Below the pieces are notes generated by a model, which was not told where the DNA came from, did no database searches, and worked only from the letters and a program-made list of their open reading frames with translations. Positions 50,919-61,799 of a DNA stretch of 64,000 nucleotides are shown here, one piece after another. The first letter of the stretch is position 1; every line of letters starts with the position of its first letter. Source of the stretch: an uncultured Gammaproteobacteria bacterium (lineage in GTDB: Bacteria > Pseudomonadota > Gammaproteobacteria > Pseudomonadales > JAHEGP01); NCBI GenBank assembly GCA_963808975.1, contig CAWEHR010000005.1, forward strand, positions 2,007 to 66,006. Direction: 5' to 3'. A program made the position numbers and the translations under genes.

Positions 50919-52229
50919 CTAAAGGGCGGGTTTTTCCTGATCAGGCGAAAGTAACTGGACGCGATAGTTGCTGGCGTCCTCGCCGGGATCACGTAACTCC
51001 AGTGACAAATGGATGGGCTGGCGCACCGGCATCATGGTCTCGCCCGCCAGGTCGGCACCGAGGTATTCGTCGGGGCCGAATGCCCGGGCGGCGACTGTTT
51101 GGTCCTGTAAGTTGCTGAAGCGCACATAGATCACCGGGAAAGGTTGTTCAAAGCCGGCATGGTTGGTGATGATGGTGTCGAGCAGCAGGGCGCCCTCGAC
51201 CCTTGGGTGTTTCAGCACCACTAGATTACTGTTCTTGATACGGGATATGTCGATTCTGGCGGGCAGTGGGCAACCGCTCAACTGGCAGAAATGGGCAATC
51301 AACGGGCGATACTTCGGGTTGGCGCCCAGATCCTGGGCATTGAACCATACGTACTGAGCCAACAGCGCAAAGGCAGCGGTGGTGATACCCACCAGGGTCA
51401 GGCCATGGCGTACCCAGGGGTTGATATAGCGGCGCCAGTGCATTTCCACGGGTTCTGCTTCTATGCTCTCAAGTAGCGCGCTGTTCTTGCGGAAAATCTC
51501 GGGCACATACTCCTTGTCGGATTCCGACCCTGAAGAGACCGGGGGTGCAGGGGCCTGGATTGGCGCCTCGAATGCAGGCTCCTCTGGCTGCCCGGGGCCC
51601 AGCAGCTCTTGCATCCACGATTCAGTGGTCTCTAACTCCAGCGGATCGTACGGATCATTTCCACGGTCCCGGGCTTGGGTGGCACCAACCGGCTTGTGCC
51701 CGAGCGTCGAGCGCCCCGGATTCTCCTGAATCGCCTGCAGGGCGCGCTTGCCGGGTGAGGCTTCGGACGCCGCTTCAGCCTCCAGCATCTGCAATGCCCA
51801 GTCCTCTTCGCCCTCCGGGTCAGCGTCGTCGTCGCTTGATTCCACCAGGGGGAAGGTCGACGAGTCGAGGCTATCAAGGGCCATGAAGGCATCGCTGAAC
51901 TCAATTGTTGCACGATTTTTAAGGGCGGATACCGGCATGGCGCAGTCGGTCTGCCCGGGGCGCGCTGGCTGGTCATTGCTGTCGACTGGCCGCGCCGTTA
52001 CGGCGACGACGGGTGACTGATTCAGGGTCTGCCCACCGCTTGGTTCCGTATCTACCCAGTGTTGTGCAGCAACGAAGACATGGAGACAGGAGCCACAGCG
52101 GACCCGGCCAGCCGCGAGCTCCAGCTGTCGAGCGGCAACTCGAAAAACCGTTTCACAATTGGGGCACTCGGTAAACTGGCTTGCAGTGCCAGTGGAGGTG
52201 TCGATGGTCGAAGCGGTCTGGTTGGGCAT
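50919..52229 (-). CDS. Zinc-ribbon (MJ0042-type) / DUF3426 membrane protein
   Basis: 436 aa. The N-terminus is CPNCETVFRVAARQLELAAGRVRCGSCLHVF. This is followed by an acidic low-complexity linker, one TM helix and a C-terminal domain. It sits between prmA and dusB, as in Pseudomonas. Confidence 0.7.
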   Translation of the reverse strand: MPNQTASTIDTSTGTASQFTECPNCETVFRVAARQLELAAGRVRCGSCLHVFVAAQHWVDTEPSGGQTLNQSPVVAVTARPVDSNDQPARPGQTDCAMPVSALKNRATIEFSDAFMALDSLDSSTFPLVESSDDDADPEGEEDWALQMLEAEAASEASPGKRALQAIQENPGRSTLGHKPVGATQARDRGNDPYDPLELETTESWMQELLGPGQPEEPAFEAPIQAPAPPVSSGSESDKEYVPEIFRKNSALLESIEAEPVEMHWRRYINPWVRHGLTLVGITTAAFALLAQYVWFNAQDLGANPKYRPLIAHFCQLSGCPLPARIDISRIKNSNLVVLKHPRVEGALLLDTIITNHAGFEQPFPVIYVRFSNLQDQTVAARAFGPDEYLGADLAGETMMPVRQPIHLSLELRDPGEDASNYRVQLLSPDQEKPAL

Positions 52230-52381
52230 ACGGGTTTTCGCTGTCGGCGTCTTGGGGCGTACTTTTGCCTATGCAAGAGTGGTTTGCGGTTGTTTCAAGT
52301 CTAGCCTCTCGGCGAAATATTTCATTGCGATGGCTTGCTTTTGCCAAGCCAGTCGCGGCTTCCGGTCATTCTCCCGGGTAT

Positions 52382-53266
52382 TCAGCTCGCACGCCGGTGT
52401 GCCTGCAGCATTACCCAGCCTTCCTGATGTTGGGTTTGGCCAAACTCAAACCCGGGATAGGCCGCCATAAGCTGTTGGGCCTGCGGCTCGAGAATGCCAG
52501 ACAGGACCAGAATGCCCCCCGGTTTGACCAGGGTGCTGATCCGTGGCGCCAGTTGCGCCAGGGGTCCCGCCAGAATATTCGCCATTAGCAGGTCGGCGGG
52601 CTCAGCACCGCGCAATGCATCGGGATGGCAAAGCTGGAGCTGCTGGTCAGGAATGCCGTTGCGGCGGGCGTTGTCCCGGGTTGCGGTAATCGCCTGGCTA
52701 TCGATATCGGTGGCGACAACTGAGTCTGCTCCCAGTAACAGGGCGGCAATAGCAAGAATGCCGGACCCGCAGCCGAAATCGAAAACGTGTTTACCACGCA
52801 GCTCTGCGCTATCCAGCCAGTGCAGGCACATGGCCGTGGTGGGGTGAGTGCCGGTGCCAAATGCCATGCCCGGATCGAGGATGAGGTTGACCGCATCGGG
52901 GTCGGGGGGTGCCAACCAACTGGGGCAGACCCATAGCCGATGGCCCATGGCCATGGGCTGGTAGCTGTCCATCCAGGCCCGGACCCAGTCCTTGTCCTCA
53001 AGAATCTCCTGATAGTGATGTCCGATGCCCAACTCGGTGCGGCGGGCAAGGCGCTTTGCCAGGGCGTCGATGTCGGTGGTGGCGTCAAACATACCGCTGA
53101 TCCTTACCTGGCGCCACAAGCGGGTCGACTCCCCAGGCTCGTCGAACAAAGGCTGGTTGGCGCTGTCCTGCAGCGACACGGTGGCGGCGCCGCTCTCCAG
53201 CAGTGCGTCTTCGATCCCGTCGCAGTGGTGCTCGTCGGTTTCAATGTGAAGCATTATCCAGGGCAT
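52382..53266 (-). CDS. prmA: Ribosomal protein L11 methyltransferase
   Basis: 294 aa. Contains GMAFGTGTHPTT and DFGCGSGILAIAA. Confidence 0.92.
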   Translation of the reverse strand: MPWIMLHIETDEHHCDGIEDALLESGAATVSLQDSANQPLFDEPGESTRLWRQVRISGMFDATTDIDALAKRLARRTELGIGHHYQEILEDKDWVRAWMDSYQPMAMGHRLWVCPSWLAPPDPDAVNLILDPGMAFGTGTHPTTAMCLHWLDSAELRGKHVFDFGCGSGILAIAALLLGADSVVATDIDSQAITATRDNARRNGIPDQQLQLCHPDALRGAEPADLLMANILAGPLAQLAPRISTLVKPGGILVLSGILEPQAQQLMAAYPGFEFGQTQHQEGWVMLQAHRRAS

Positions 53267-53286
53267 CGGCTGGTACCCACTAGCCG

Positions 53287-54627
53287 CTAGAGGCCGAGTT
53301 TCTTTTCGAGGTAGTGAATATTGACGCAGCCCCGGGAGAACGCAGCGTCGCGCAGCAAATCCTGGTGCAGCGGCTGGTTGGTGCGGATGCCCTCCACCAG
53401 AAGTTCATCGAGGGCGTTGCGCATGCGGCCCATACATTCATCCCGGTTGGCCCCATAACTGATGATCTTGCCGATCAGCGAGTCATAATAGGGAGGTACG
53501 GTGTATCCGCTGTAGACGTGGGAATCTACCCGAATGCCGTTGCCGCCCGGAGGATGAAAGCGCTTGATGGTGCCGGGGTAGGGGAGAAAAGTCTTGGGGT
53601 CTTCGGCATTCAGTCGACATTCCATGGCGTGGCCGCGCATGACGATGTCGTCCTGAGTCAACGACAAGCGCTCGCCGCCAGCAATTCGCAACTGCCATTT
53701 CACGATATCGACACCGGTGATCATTTCGGTTACCGGGTGCTCTACCTGAACCCGGGTGTTCATCTCGATGAAGTAGAAGCAATTGTTCTCGTAGAGAAAC
53801 TCAAAAGTGCCTGCACCGCGGTAGCCGATCTTGATGCAGGCATCCACGCAGGATTGGGCCACATCTCGCCGTACGTCCTCGGGAATGCCGGGGGCGGGTG
53901 CCTCTTCGATGACTTTCTGGTGGCGGCGTTGTAGCGAGCAGTCGCGGTCTCCCAGGTGGATTGCGTTACCTTGGCCATCGGCCAGTACCTGGATCTCCAC
54001 ATGGCGCGGATTCTCGAGGAACTTTTCCATGTAGACCGTATCGTCGCCAAAGGCTGCCTTGGCTTCGGTGCGGGTGACATAAACCGCGTTCAACAGTGCC
54101 GCCTCGCCTTTGACGGTGCGCATCCCCCGGCCACCGCCGCCCGCTGCCGCCTTGATGATGACCGGATAGCCGATGCGCTTGGCGGTTGCGATAATTTCGT
54201 CCCCATCCTGCCCCAGTGCACCATCAGAGCCGGGCACGGTGGGTACACCCGCCTTGCGCATGGCCTCGATGGCTGACACCTTGTCTCCCATAAGGCGGAT
54301 GACGTCGGCGCTGGGGCCAACGAACAGGAAGCCACTTTTCTCCAACTGCTCAGCAAAGTCGGCGTTTTCGGACAGGAAGCCGTAACCGGGGTGAATCGCC
54401 ACCGCGTCCGTCACCTCCGCGGCACTGATGATGGCGGGGGAGTTGAGATAGCTGGACACGGAGGGGGGCGGGCCGATACAAACCGACTCATCCGCCAGGC
54501 GCACATGCATGAGGTCTTTGTCGACCGTGGAGTGGACCGCCACTGTGCGAATGCCCAATTCCTTGCATGCGCGAAGAATTCGAAGCGCGATCTCGCCGCG
54601 ATTGGCAATAACAACTTTATCCAGCAT
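53287..54627 (-). CDS. accC: Acetyl-CoA carboxylase biotin carboxylase subunit
   Basis: 446 aa. Contains [34 protein letters not shown] and [14 protein letters not shown]. Confidence 0.96.
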   Translation of the reverse strand: MLDKVVIANRGEIALRILRACKELGIRTVAVHSTVDKDLMHVRLADESVCIGPPPSVSSYLNSPAIISAAEVTDAVAIHPGYGFLSENADFAEQLEKSGFLFVGPSADVIRLMGDKVSAIEAMRKAGVPTVPGSDGALGQDGDEIIATAKRIGYPVIIKAAAGGGGRGMRTVKGEAALLNAVYVTRTEAKAAFGDDTVYMEKFLENPRHVEIQVLADGQGNAIHLGDRDCSLQRRHQKVIEEAPAPGIPEDVRRDVAQSCVDACIKIGYRGAGTFEFLYENNCFYFIEMNTRVQVEHPVTEMITGVDIVKWQLRIAGGERLSLTQDDIVMRGHAMECRLNAEDPKTFLPYPGTIKRFHPPGGNGIRVDSHVYSGYTVPPYYDSLIGKIISYGANRDECMGRMRNALDELLVEGIRTNQPLHQDLLRDAAFSRGCVNIHYLEKKLGL

Positions 54628-54670
54628 GAGAGCCTCTTGTAAATCCGGGTGGCCTGTACGAACCAGCCGC

Positions 54671-55126
54671 TTAGACGATCGTTATCAGTGGCTGGTCAAA
54701 TTCTACGGGCTCTCCATCCTCCACCAGAATGGCCTCCACGGTTCCAGCTTTATCGGCTTCTATCTGGTTCATCATTTTCATCGCCTCGACGATGCATACG
54801 ACGTCGCCGATCTTGACGTTCTGGCCTACGTCGACGAACACCGGTGAGCCTGGTGATGGCGAACGATAGAAGGTTCCCACCATGGGCGAGGTCACCACAT
54901 GGCCCGTGAGTTTTTCGACCTCCGGCTCAGGTGCCGCTGTGGTGCTCGCCGTGACTGCCGGCGCGGCGGCTGCAGCCGGCGCATACCCCGGAGCTGCATA
55001 GACCGGCTGGCCTTTATTGGCATGGCGACTTATGCGGACGGACTCCTCTCCCTCCTTTATCTCGAGTTCATCGATATCGGATTCTTCCAGCAACTCGATG
55101 AGCTTCTTGACCTTTCGAATATCCAT
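54671..55126 (-). CDS. accB: Biotin carboxyl carrier protein
   Basis: 151 aa. Contains an Ala/Pro linker and the biotinylation motif EAMKMMN. Confidence 0.93.
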   Translation of the reverse strand: MDIRKVKKLIELLEESDIDELEIKEGEESVRISRHANKGQPVYAAPGYAPAAAAAPAVTASTTAAPEPEVEKLTGHVVTSPMVGTFYRSPSPGSPVFVDVGQNVKIGDVVCIVEAMKMMNQIEADKAGTVEAILVEDGEPVEFDQPLITIV

Positions 55127-55155
55127 GGTGATCAGGTTCTCCCCGTGTAATACCT

Positions 55156-55605
55156 TTATTGTTGATCGCGGCTGACAAAGTGCATCGCTCCTTGCAGCGC
55201 CAGTTCATAGCCAAGGCCGCCAAGGCCGCAGATGACCCCAACTGCCAGTTCCGAGAAATAGGACTGCCGGCGAAACCCTTCCCGAGCATGCACATTGGAC
55301 AGGTGCACCTCAATAAACGGTATCTGCACCGCCGCCAGGGCATCCCTGAGGGCAATGCTGGTGTGAGTAAAAGCGGCGGGATTGAAAATAATGAAATTGA
55401 CTCCCTCACGGCTGGCATCGTGGATGCGCTCGATCAATTCGTATTCGGCGTTGCTCTGCAGATGTAGCAGGTGATGGCCACTGGCATGTGCTTCTTCGCT
55501 CAGCTGCCGGTTGATGGACTCCAGCGTTTGGCTGCCATAGACACCGGGTTCGCGGCTACCCAGCAGATTCAGGTTGGGGCCGTGCAGCACCAGAAAAGTG
55601 GCCAT
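55156..55605 (-). CDS. aroQ: Type II 3-dehydroquinate dehydratase
   Basis: 149 aa. Contains [29 protein letters not shown] and [11 protein letters not shown]. Confidence 0.93.
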   Translation of the reverse strand: MATFLVLHGPNLNLLGSREPGVYGSQTLESINRQLSEEAHASGHHLLHLQSNAEYELIERIHDASREGVNFIIFNPAAFTHTSIALRDALAAVQIPFIEVHLSNVHAREGFRRQSYFSELAVGVICGLGGLGYELALQGAMHFVSRDQQ

Positions 55606-55832
55606 CTTGCCTTGAGCTCGCAGTTTGGATGATTAAAGTTGATGTACTTTATCGTTTGGGCGCAACCACACGGTAATGCGGTGTCGCCCGCGACGGATAC
55701 TGAATATGTGGGCCCGAATTGTGCATGAAAAGATGAGATGAGTCCAACTTTTTGTTGATTCGTGGGAGATGGCGGTAAAGTTCCGGCGCGTTTGCTGCAA
55801 GTTTTAGCGGGTGATTTCCCCGGAGGCCTTCT

Positions 55833-57578
55833 TTAGCGGGGTTGGCCAGCATCCGTAGGGGCGATTACGCTCAACACCAGGTCCACAGACAGTATCTGCG
55901 GCAGCATCTGGGCCGGGAGGCTTCGATCTGCAGGGTAATAAAGGTAGAGGGGAATGCCGGAGCGACCCCACCGCTCCAGCGTGGCCGAAATTGCCGGGTC
56001 ATAGTTGGTCCAGTCCGCCTTGAGGTACGCGATCTTGTGTTGATTGAAGGCCTCGGTCACTGCGTCCGTACTCAACACCCATTTTTCGTTGGCGAGACAG
56101 GTGATGCACCAGTCTGCGGTAAAGTTGACGAAAACCGGTACACCCTCGGCCCTCAACTGCTCTACCCGTGCCTCACTAAAGCTTTCAAAGCCCTTCTCAG
56201 CGTTGCTGGTATTGCGCAACAGGGGGTTGCTCAACAGCAGCAGTGCTCCGCCAAACAAGCCCAGGCGGGCCAGTTTTACCGCCGGCTGTCCGCCGTTTAG
56301 CCACAGCGCCACCGCAATCAGCAGGCAGCCGCACAATACCAGCGCCACCGCATCTACCCCATTCTGGCGCCCGATGACCCACAGCAACCAAATCGCGGTG
56401 GCAATGAGGGGGAAGGCGAGAAATTCCCGGAAGCGTTCCATCCAGGCACCGGGTTTGGGCAGCCATCGGCCGAGCCGGGGCAGGTAGCTCAGCAGCAGAA
56501 AGGGTGAGGCCATGCCCAGCCCAAGGCAAACAAAAACCATCAGGGCGACCAGGTTGCCCTGGGTGAGGGCAAAGCCCATGGCGGTTCCCATGAAGGGCGC
56601 GGTGCAGGGGCTGGCGACCAGCACCGCCAGGGCGCCGGTGAAAAATGATCCGCGATAGCCGCCCCCGCTCGCCAGCGCCTGGCCAAATCCCATCCACTGG
56701 CCACTGAAGTCGGCGGCGCCCGCCAGGAGAAAGGCCATCAGGAAAAACAGGTAGACCAGGACGCCGACAAACCAGCTACTTTGCAACTGGAACCCCCAGC
56801 CAACAGCGCTGCCGGCGGCTTTCAAGCCGAGCAGCATCGCTGCGATGGCGCAGAAGCTGAGCACGATACCGGCCGTGTACCACCAGCCGTGGGCGACACG
56901 TTGGATATAACTCTGGTGGGAAGTAGCCAGGCCAAGCGCCTTTAGCGACAACACCGGCAGGACGCAGGGCATCAGGTTGAGAATAACCCCCCCAAGAAAA
57001 GCGAATAGTGCCGCCAGCGGCAGGGTGATCAGCGTCTTGTCGTCGACTCCTGGAATGGCGTTGATGGCGGTCGCCTTGGGAGCTGCGGCTTTGGCGTCGA
57101 GGTCGATCTCTCGAAATGAGCCGTCGGCTCCATCGAGCTCGAAGCGCTGTTTGTAGGGTGGATAGCAGAGCCCCTCGTCAGAGCAACCCTGGGACTGCAC
57201 ATCGAGCACCAGTGGTGGTTCGCCCGCGAAGGGCAGATCGACCACCATGTCGCGGTAATAGATTTCCACCTCACCGAACAATTCATCGGTTTTGGCGATG
57301 CCGTTTGGCAGCCTTGCGCTGGCGCTGACGTCATTGCCGTTGATGGCGGCCTTGAATCCGTGGCGATAGAGAAAGTAGCCATCAGTGATCCGCCACCGCA
57401 GTTTGAGTTGTCCCGGGCTGTAATCGATATCGACCTGGTACGCCTGCTCAACCGGCAGGAAGGTTGGTCGCTCCTGGCCGGGCAAGCCGCTACCCGGTGT
57501 GGTCCCGAATGGTTCGGATATTCCCTGGCCAAAGGCCAGCGTTGCCAACAGGAGGAAGCTGAAGAAAAAGTATCGCAT
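55833..57578 (-). CDS. dsbD: Thiol:disulfide interchange protein DsbD
   Basis: 581 aa. Contains an N-terminal periplasmic domain, a TM core with NLMPCVLPV and SPCTAP, and a C-terminal thioredoxin domain with WCITC. Confidence 0.9.
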   Translation of the reverse strand: MRYFFFSFLLLATLAFGQGISEPFGTTPGSGLPGQERPTFLPVEQAYQVDIDYSPGQLKLRWRITDGYFLYRHGFKAAINGNDVSASARLPNGIAKTDELFGEVEIYYRDMVVDLPFAGEPPLVLDVQSQGCSDEGLCYPPYKQRFELDGADGSFREIDLDAKAAAPKATAINAIPGVDDKTLITLPLAALFAFLGGVILNLMPCVLPVLSLKALGLATSHQSYIQRVAHGWWYTAGIVLSFCAIAAMLLGLKAAGSAVGWGFQLQSSWFVGVLVYLFFLMAFLLAGAADFSGQWMGFGQALASGGGYRGSFFTGALAVLVASPCTAPFMGTAMGFALTQGNLVALMVFVCLGLGMASPFLLLSYLPRLGRWLPKPGAWMERFREFLAFPLIATAIWLLWVIGRQNGVDAVALVLCGCLLIAVALWLNGGQPAVKLARLGLFGGALLLLSNPLLRNTSNAEKGFESFSEARVEQLRAEGVPVFVNFTADWCITCLANEKWVLSTDAVTEAFNQHKIAYLKADWTNYDPAISATLERWGRSGIPLYLYYPADRSLPAQMLPQILSVDLVLSVIAPTDAGQPR

Positions 57579-57797
57579 GGGGCTCCGCTTCAGGAGTCAA
57601 TGGACCTTTGGACAGGTTGTCCGCGGATTCATTCACTCGGGGCTGTGTTTGGCCGTGTAACCTAATACAATTGCCGGTTGATGGGAATAGTATAGGGAAG
57701 TCCCCGCGTCGAAGTGGGGTTTATCGGTGTGACCACGGGTAAAGGTCGGGGCGGACACAATGGCATGCCGGCCAACAATCGAAAGGAGGAGGGTCAG

Positions 57798-58247
57798 ATG
57801 TTTGGAGCCCACGCGATCAGGAGCAATTATGTGGCGTTGGTGGCAAGCCTGTTGTTCGTGCCGATCTTGGCGTGGGCCGAACTGCGGGCGGAGGAGGGGT
57901 ATGTGCGCGGGCTGCCGCCGGGCCAGAAAGTCACCGCGGCTTTTATGACGCTGACGAACTCGGGCACTGAGGACCTGGTGTTGACCTCGGGAAGCTCGAT
58001 GGTTGCAGAGAAAATTGAATTCCATCAACACAGCCACGTCGATGGCATGATGCGAATGCGCCAGGTGCCGGAATTGGTAGTGCCGGCGGGTGGCGAATTA
58101 CACCTCGAGCCCGGCGGCCTGCATCTAATGCTGATCGGGTTGCAGCAAGTTTTGCAGGAGGGTGATAAAGTAGTGCTCGAGTTATGTGCCGCGAACGGCG
58201 GTTGCAAGGCCATCGAATTGCCCGTGATCAGCGTTCTCAACGAATAG
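57798..58247 (+). CDS. Copper chaperone PCu(A)C (DUF461)
   Basis: Start at the ATG at 57798, preceded by AAAGGAGGAGGG. Contains a signal peptide, AAFMTLTN and the H-x-M Cu-binding region HQHSHVDGMMRM. Confidence 0.75.
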   Translation: MFGAHAIRSNYVALVASLLFVPILAWAELRAEEGYVRGLPPGQKVTAAFMTLTNSGTEDLVLTSGSSMVAEKIEFHQHSHVDGMMRMRQVPELVVPAGGELHLEPGGLHLMLIGLQQVLQEGDKVVLELCAANGGCKAIELPVISVLNE

Positions 58248-58305
58248 CTGGTCGAATTGAATAGCTGGCAAAGCCAGAAAACCACAGTACAGCAGGGAGA
58301 AACGC

Positions 58306-59355
58306 ATGTCATCGGAGTCTCTATGGGGCAGGATTAAGGGCTTTGGTCAAGGAGTTGGAGGCGGTTCGGGTTCAACCATCGTCAAGTCCCTGCTGCTCGC
58401 TTTGGGAATCTACGCACTGATTTGCCTGGTTGTGGGCTGGTACTGGAGCCGTGAGCCCGACATGTTCTCGGTGGAGGAAAACGCGCAGGCGATGCTGCCT
58501 ACCCTGGCCCAACGGCCGATAGTCGGGGCTGTCACCACCGCTACGGCGATCAAGGTTGCCCGGGTGCTGCTCGATAAGCCCGGTGGTTATCTCAGCAATG
58601 ACATCATGCCCCCCGGTGTGCTGTTGGATAACATTCCCAGTTGGGAGTACGGCGTTCTCACCCAGCAGCGTGACCTGGTGCGCACCCTGAGGGACAGTTT
58701 CAGCCGTTCCCAGTCGCAATCCACCGAAGATCCCGACCTGGCGCTTGCTGATCCACGCTTCAGTTTCACCGCTGACAGCTGGATGCTGCCGTCATCGGAA
58801 AGCATGTACCGGGAGGGTGTAGAAAAGCTCGAATCCTATCTCTCACGGCTGATCGATCCAACCAATCCTGATGCGCAATTCTATTCCCGCGCCGACAACC
58901 TGCGAATATGGCTGGAGGTGGTATCGACCCGAATGGGCTCGTTGTCCCAGCGTCTCAGCGCCAGCGTCGGTCAGTCTCGCCTCAATACCGACCTTGCCGG
59001 CGACGCGGAGGCCCGCCATTCGACGGCAAGGGATTCTGAATTACAGGTCAAAACACCCTGGTTGGAAATTGACAATGTATTCTATGAGGCCCGGGGCGCG
59101 ACCTGGGCGCTGATCCATTACCTGCGGGCGATGGAGGTCGATTTTGCCGAGGTATTGCAGAAGAAAAATGCGCTGGTCAGCTTGCAGCAAATCGTGCGGG
59201 AACTCGAGCAAAGCCAGGAACCGGTGTTTTCGCCAATTATTCTCAATGGTACCGGTTTTGGGCTGGTGGCGAATCATTCCCTGGCCATGGCATCGTATAT
59301 TTCCCGAGCCAATGCCGGCTTGATAGACCTCCAGGGATTGCTGTCCCGGGGCTAG
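58306..59355 (+). CDS. DUF2333 family membrane-anchored protein
   Basis: 349 aa with one N-terminal TM helix. Family recognised from YLSNDIMPPGVLLDNIPSWEYGVL. The call is from memory. Confidence 0.65.
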   Translation: MSSESLWGRIKGFGQGVGGGSGSTIVKSLLLALGIYALICLVVGWYWSREPDMFSVEENAQAMLPTLAQRPIVGAVTTATAIKVARVLLDKPGGYLSNDIMPPGVLLDNIPSWEYGVLTQQRDLVRTLRDSFSRSQSQSTEDPDLALADPRFSFTADSWMLPSSESMYREGVEKLESYLSRLIDPTNPDAQFYSRADNLRIWLEVVSTRMGSLSQRLSASVGQSRLNTDLAGDAEARHSTARDSELQVKTPWLEIDNVFYEARGATWALIHYLRAMEVDFAEVLQKKNALVSLQQIVRELEQSQEPVFSPIILNGTGFGLVANHSLAMASYISRANAGLIDLQGLLSRG

Positions 59356-59433
59356 TGGAGCGGGTGGTCTCAGAAGATGATGGTAATGGCTCGCTGAGGG
59401 TTGGAGCTTCGGCAACAGTGGCGGGCGATGCAG

Positions 59434-59465
59434 AAAGGCCGGGCGCGATGCCCGGCTTTTTATTG
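59434..59465 (+). terminator. Intrinsic-terminator-like hairpin enclosing the polB ATG
   Basis: AAAG-GCCGGGC-GCGAT-GCCCGGC-TTTTTATTG. The stem is 7 bp and all G:C. The ATG at 59448 lies in the loop and right arm. Confidence 0.5.
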
Positions 59466-61799
59466 TCCCGCCACTGGCAGGATCGGCCTCAGGGGATCGA
59501 GCTGGAATTCTGGGCGGCCACCACTGAAGGTCCAGCCCTATTGGTCTTCGACGCGGCACAGGCGGTATTTTTTATTGCCCTCACCGATTACGACCGGGCA
59601 AGACCTGTCTTCGACGAGCAACGCTGCGAGACTCGCGAGCTGACCCTCAGGACATTTAGCGGTGACGCGGTAGTAGCCTGCTACTTCCCCAGTCAGCGCG
59701 CATTGCGGGCATCACGACAGCGCCTGGAACAGTTGGGTGTTGCAGTGCACGAAGGGGATCTGCGGCCGGATGATCGCTTTCTGATGGAGCGCTTCGTGAC
59801 GGGCGGACTTGAGATCTTCGGGCCATACCAGCGTCGCGGCAAAGCCCTGCATTTTCGTAATCCCCTGATTCGCCCGCGCGAGTGGCAACCGGAATTAACG
59901 GTAGTATCACTGGATATCGAAACCGCTGTCGGTCGGCTGGCGTTGTTCTCGATCGGGGTGGTGACCGCAGAACAGCAACGGGTTTTTATGGTAGGCAACG
60001 GCGCGGATACTCCCGCAGTCTGTTTCTGTCCCGATGAATACCAACTGGTGCACCGGTTTTTGATCTGGATGGACCAGTGTGACCCGGATGTCATCATCGG
60101 CTGGAACGTGGTGGGCTTCGACCTTTGGTACCTGCAACGGGTCTGTGATCGCTACGGGATTCGCCTTTCACTGGGGCGTGCTGGCCAGTGCCTGCGCTGG
60201 CGCGGCCAGGAGGAAGCCGCAGAGCGTCGACACTGTGCGGTGCCCGGCCGGGTTGTGCTGGATGGCATAGAAGTGATCAAAGCCGCCCAATACCGCTTCG
60301 ACAGCTATTCTCTGCAATCGGTGTCGGAGCAGTTACTGGGGCGCGGCAAGCTACTGCAGGGAGCCGATCGGGGGCGGGACATCGAACAGCTCTTTCACAA
60401 CGACAAGGCTGCACTGGCCGCCTACAACCTGGAAGACTGCCGCCTCGTGTGGGATATTTTTGTCGAGCGTGGGCTGATCCCCTTTTGCCTCGCCCGCAGC
60501 CAGTTAACCGGCCTCACGCTGGGTCGCACCGGCGGGTCGGTAGCGGCGTTTGATTTTCGGTACTTGCCACTACTGCACCGTCGGGGCTATGTGGCACCGC
60601 CCCCGCGTAGCGACCCGGCGCAGGCACAGCACTCACCGGGCGGCTATGTGCTTGACTCTGAGCCGGGCATCTACGACAACGTACTGGTGTTTGACTTCAA
60701 GAGCCTTTACCCGAGCATAATTCGCACTTTCTTCATTGACCCTTTGGGTATGGCGCTGGCCAGCAGTGACGCCGACCCGGCTGCGACCGTTGCGGGATTC
60801 AAGGGCGCAAGCTTTTCCCGCAGTGGACACGTGCTGCCGGGACTGTTAGCCCAGTTGTGGCGGGCTCGGGATGTCGCCCGCAACGAGGGCAATGTCGCAC
60901 TTGGGCAGGCTATCAAGATCCTGATGAATTCCTGTTACGGTGTGCTGGGTTCCCCCGGTTGCCGGTTTTTCGATCATCGCCTGGCATCCTCGATAACCTT
61001 GCGCGGTCACCAGATTATTCGCCAGAGCAAGGAGTATATCGAGCAACGCGGTTATCGGGTGATTTACGGCGATACCGACTCGCTATTCGTTTGGTTGCAG
61101 CAGCCCATTGCTGAGCAAGGTGCCCGTGAGCTCGGTAGTCGACTGGCGGCGGACATCAACAGTTGGTGGAAGTACCGGCTGCGGCGGGAATCGGGGCTGG
61201 AAAGTTTGCTGGAGGTGCAGTTTGAAACGCATTTCCTGCAGTTTTTGATGCCGACCACACGGGGCACACAGCACGGTAGCAAAAAGCGTTATGCGGGGAC
61301 GGTTCGGGTGGCGCAGGGCAACGACCCGGCAGCATTTGACCTGATATTCAAGGGTCTGGAATCGGTGCGCAGCGACTGGACGCCACTGGCACGGCGCTTC
61401 CAGCGTCAGCTCTACCGCAGGGTTTTTGCCCGGGAGCCTGCCGAGGAGTTCGTGCGGTCGACGGTTGGCGCATTACTCGCCGGAAGCCTCGACCACGAAC
61501 TGACCTATCGCAAACGCCTGCGCCAGCCACTGGAGGCCTACACCAAGAACGTGCCGCCCCATGTGCAGGCCGCTCGCAAGGCGCTGGCGGGAGGTGCCCG
61601 CGAGGACTTGTTCCGGCGGGGAAGGGCGGTGGAATATGTCGTGACAACGGCGGGGCCCGAGGTGCTGGGTTTTGTCGCCAACACCTTGGATTACGAGCAC
61701 TACAAGGACCGCCAGTTAGCCCCCGTCGCCGATGCGATACTGGGTTTCCTTGGAACCCGCTTCAGCGCCATTGCCGACGGACAGATAGCGCTCTTTTAA
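59448..61799 (+). CDS. polB: DNA polymerase II (family B)
   Basis: MPGFLLSRHWQDRPQGIELEFW aligns with the E. coli Pol II N-terminus (GFILTRHWRDTPQG). It gives 783 aa. Contains exonuclease motifs and YGDTDS. The alternative GTG start at 59355 overlaps the upstream stop. Confidence 0.9.
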   Translation: MPGFLLSRHWQDRPQGIELEFWAATTEGPALLVFDAAQAVFFIALTDYDRARPVFDEQRCETRELTLRTFSGDAVVACYFPSQRALRASRQRLEQLGVAVHEGDLRPDDRFLMERFVTGGLEIFGPYQRRGKALHFRNPLIRPREWQPELTVVSLDIETAVGRLALFSIGVVTAEQQRVFMVGNGADTPAVCFCPDEYQLVHRFLIWMDQCDPDVIIGWNVVGFDLWYLQRVCDRYGIRLSLGRAGQCLRWRGQEEAAERRHCAVPGRVVLDGIEVIKAAQYRFDSYSLQSVSEQLLGRGKLLQGADRGRDIEQLFHNDKAALAAYNLEDCRLVWDIFVERGLIPFCLARSQLTGLTLGRTGGSVAAFDFRYLPLLHRRGYVAPPPRSDPAQAQHSPGGYVLDSEPGIYDNVLVFDFKSLYPSIIRTFFIDPLGMALASSDADPAATVAGFKGASFSRSGHVLPGLLAQLWRARDVARNEGNVALGQAIKILMNSCYGVLGSPGCRFFDHRLASSITLRGHQIIRQSKEYIEQRGYRVIYGDTDSLFVWLQQPIAEQGARELGSRLAADINSWWKYRLRRESGLESLLEVQFETHFLQFLMPTTRGTQHGSKKRYAGTVRVAQGNDPAAFDLIFKGLESVRSDWTPLARRFQRQLYRRVFAREPAEEFVRSTVGALLAGSLDHELTYRKRLRQPLEAYTKNVPPHVQAARKALAGGAREDLFRRGRAVEYVVTTAGPEVLGFVANTLDYEHYKDRQLAPVADAILGFLGTRFSAIADGQIALF

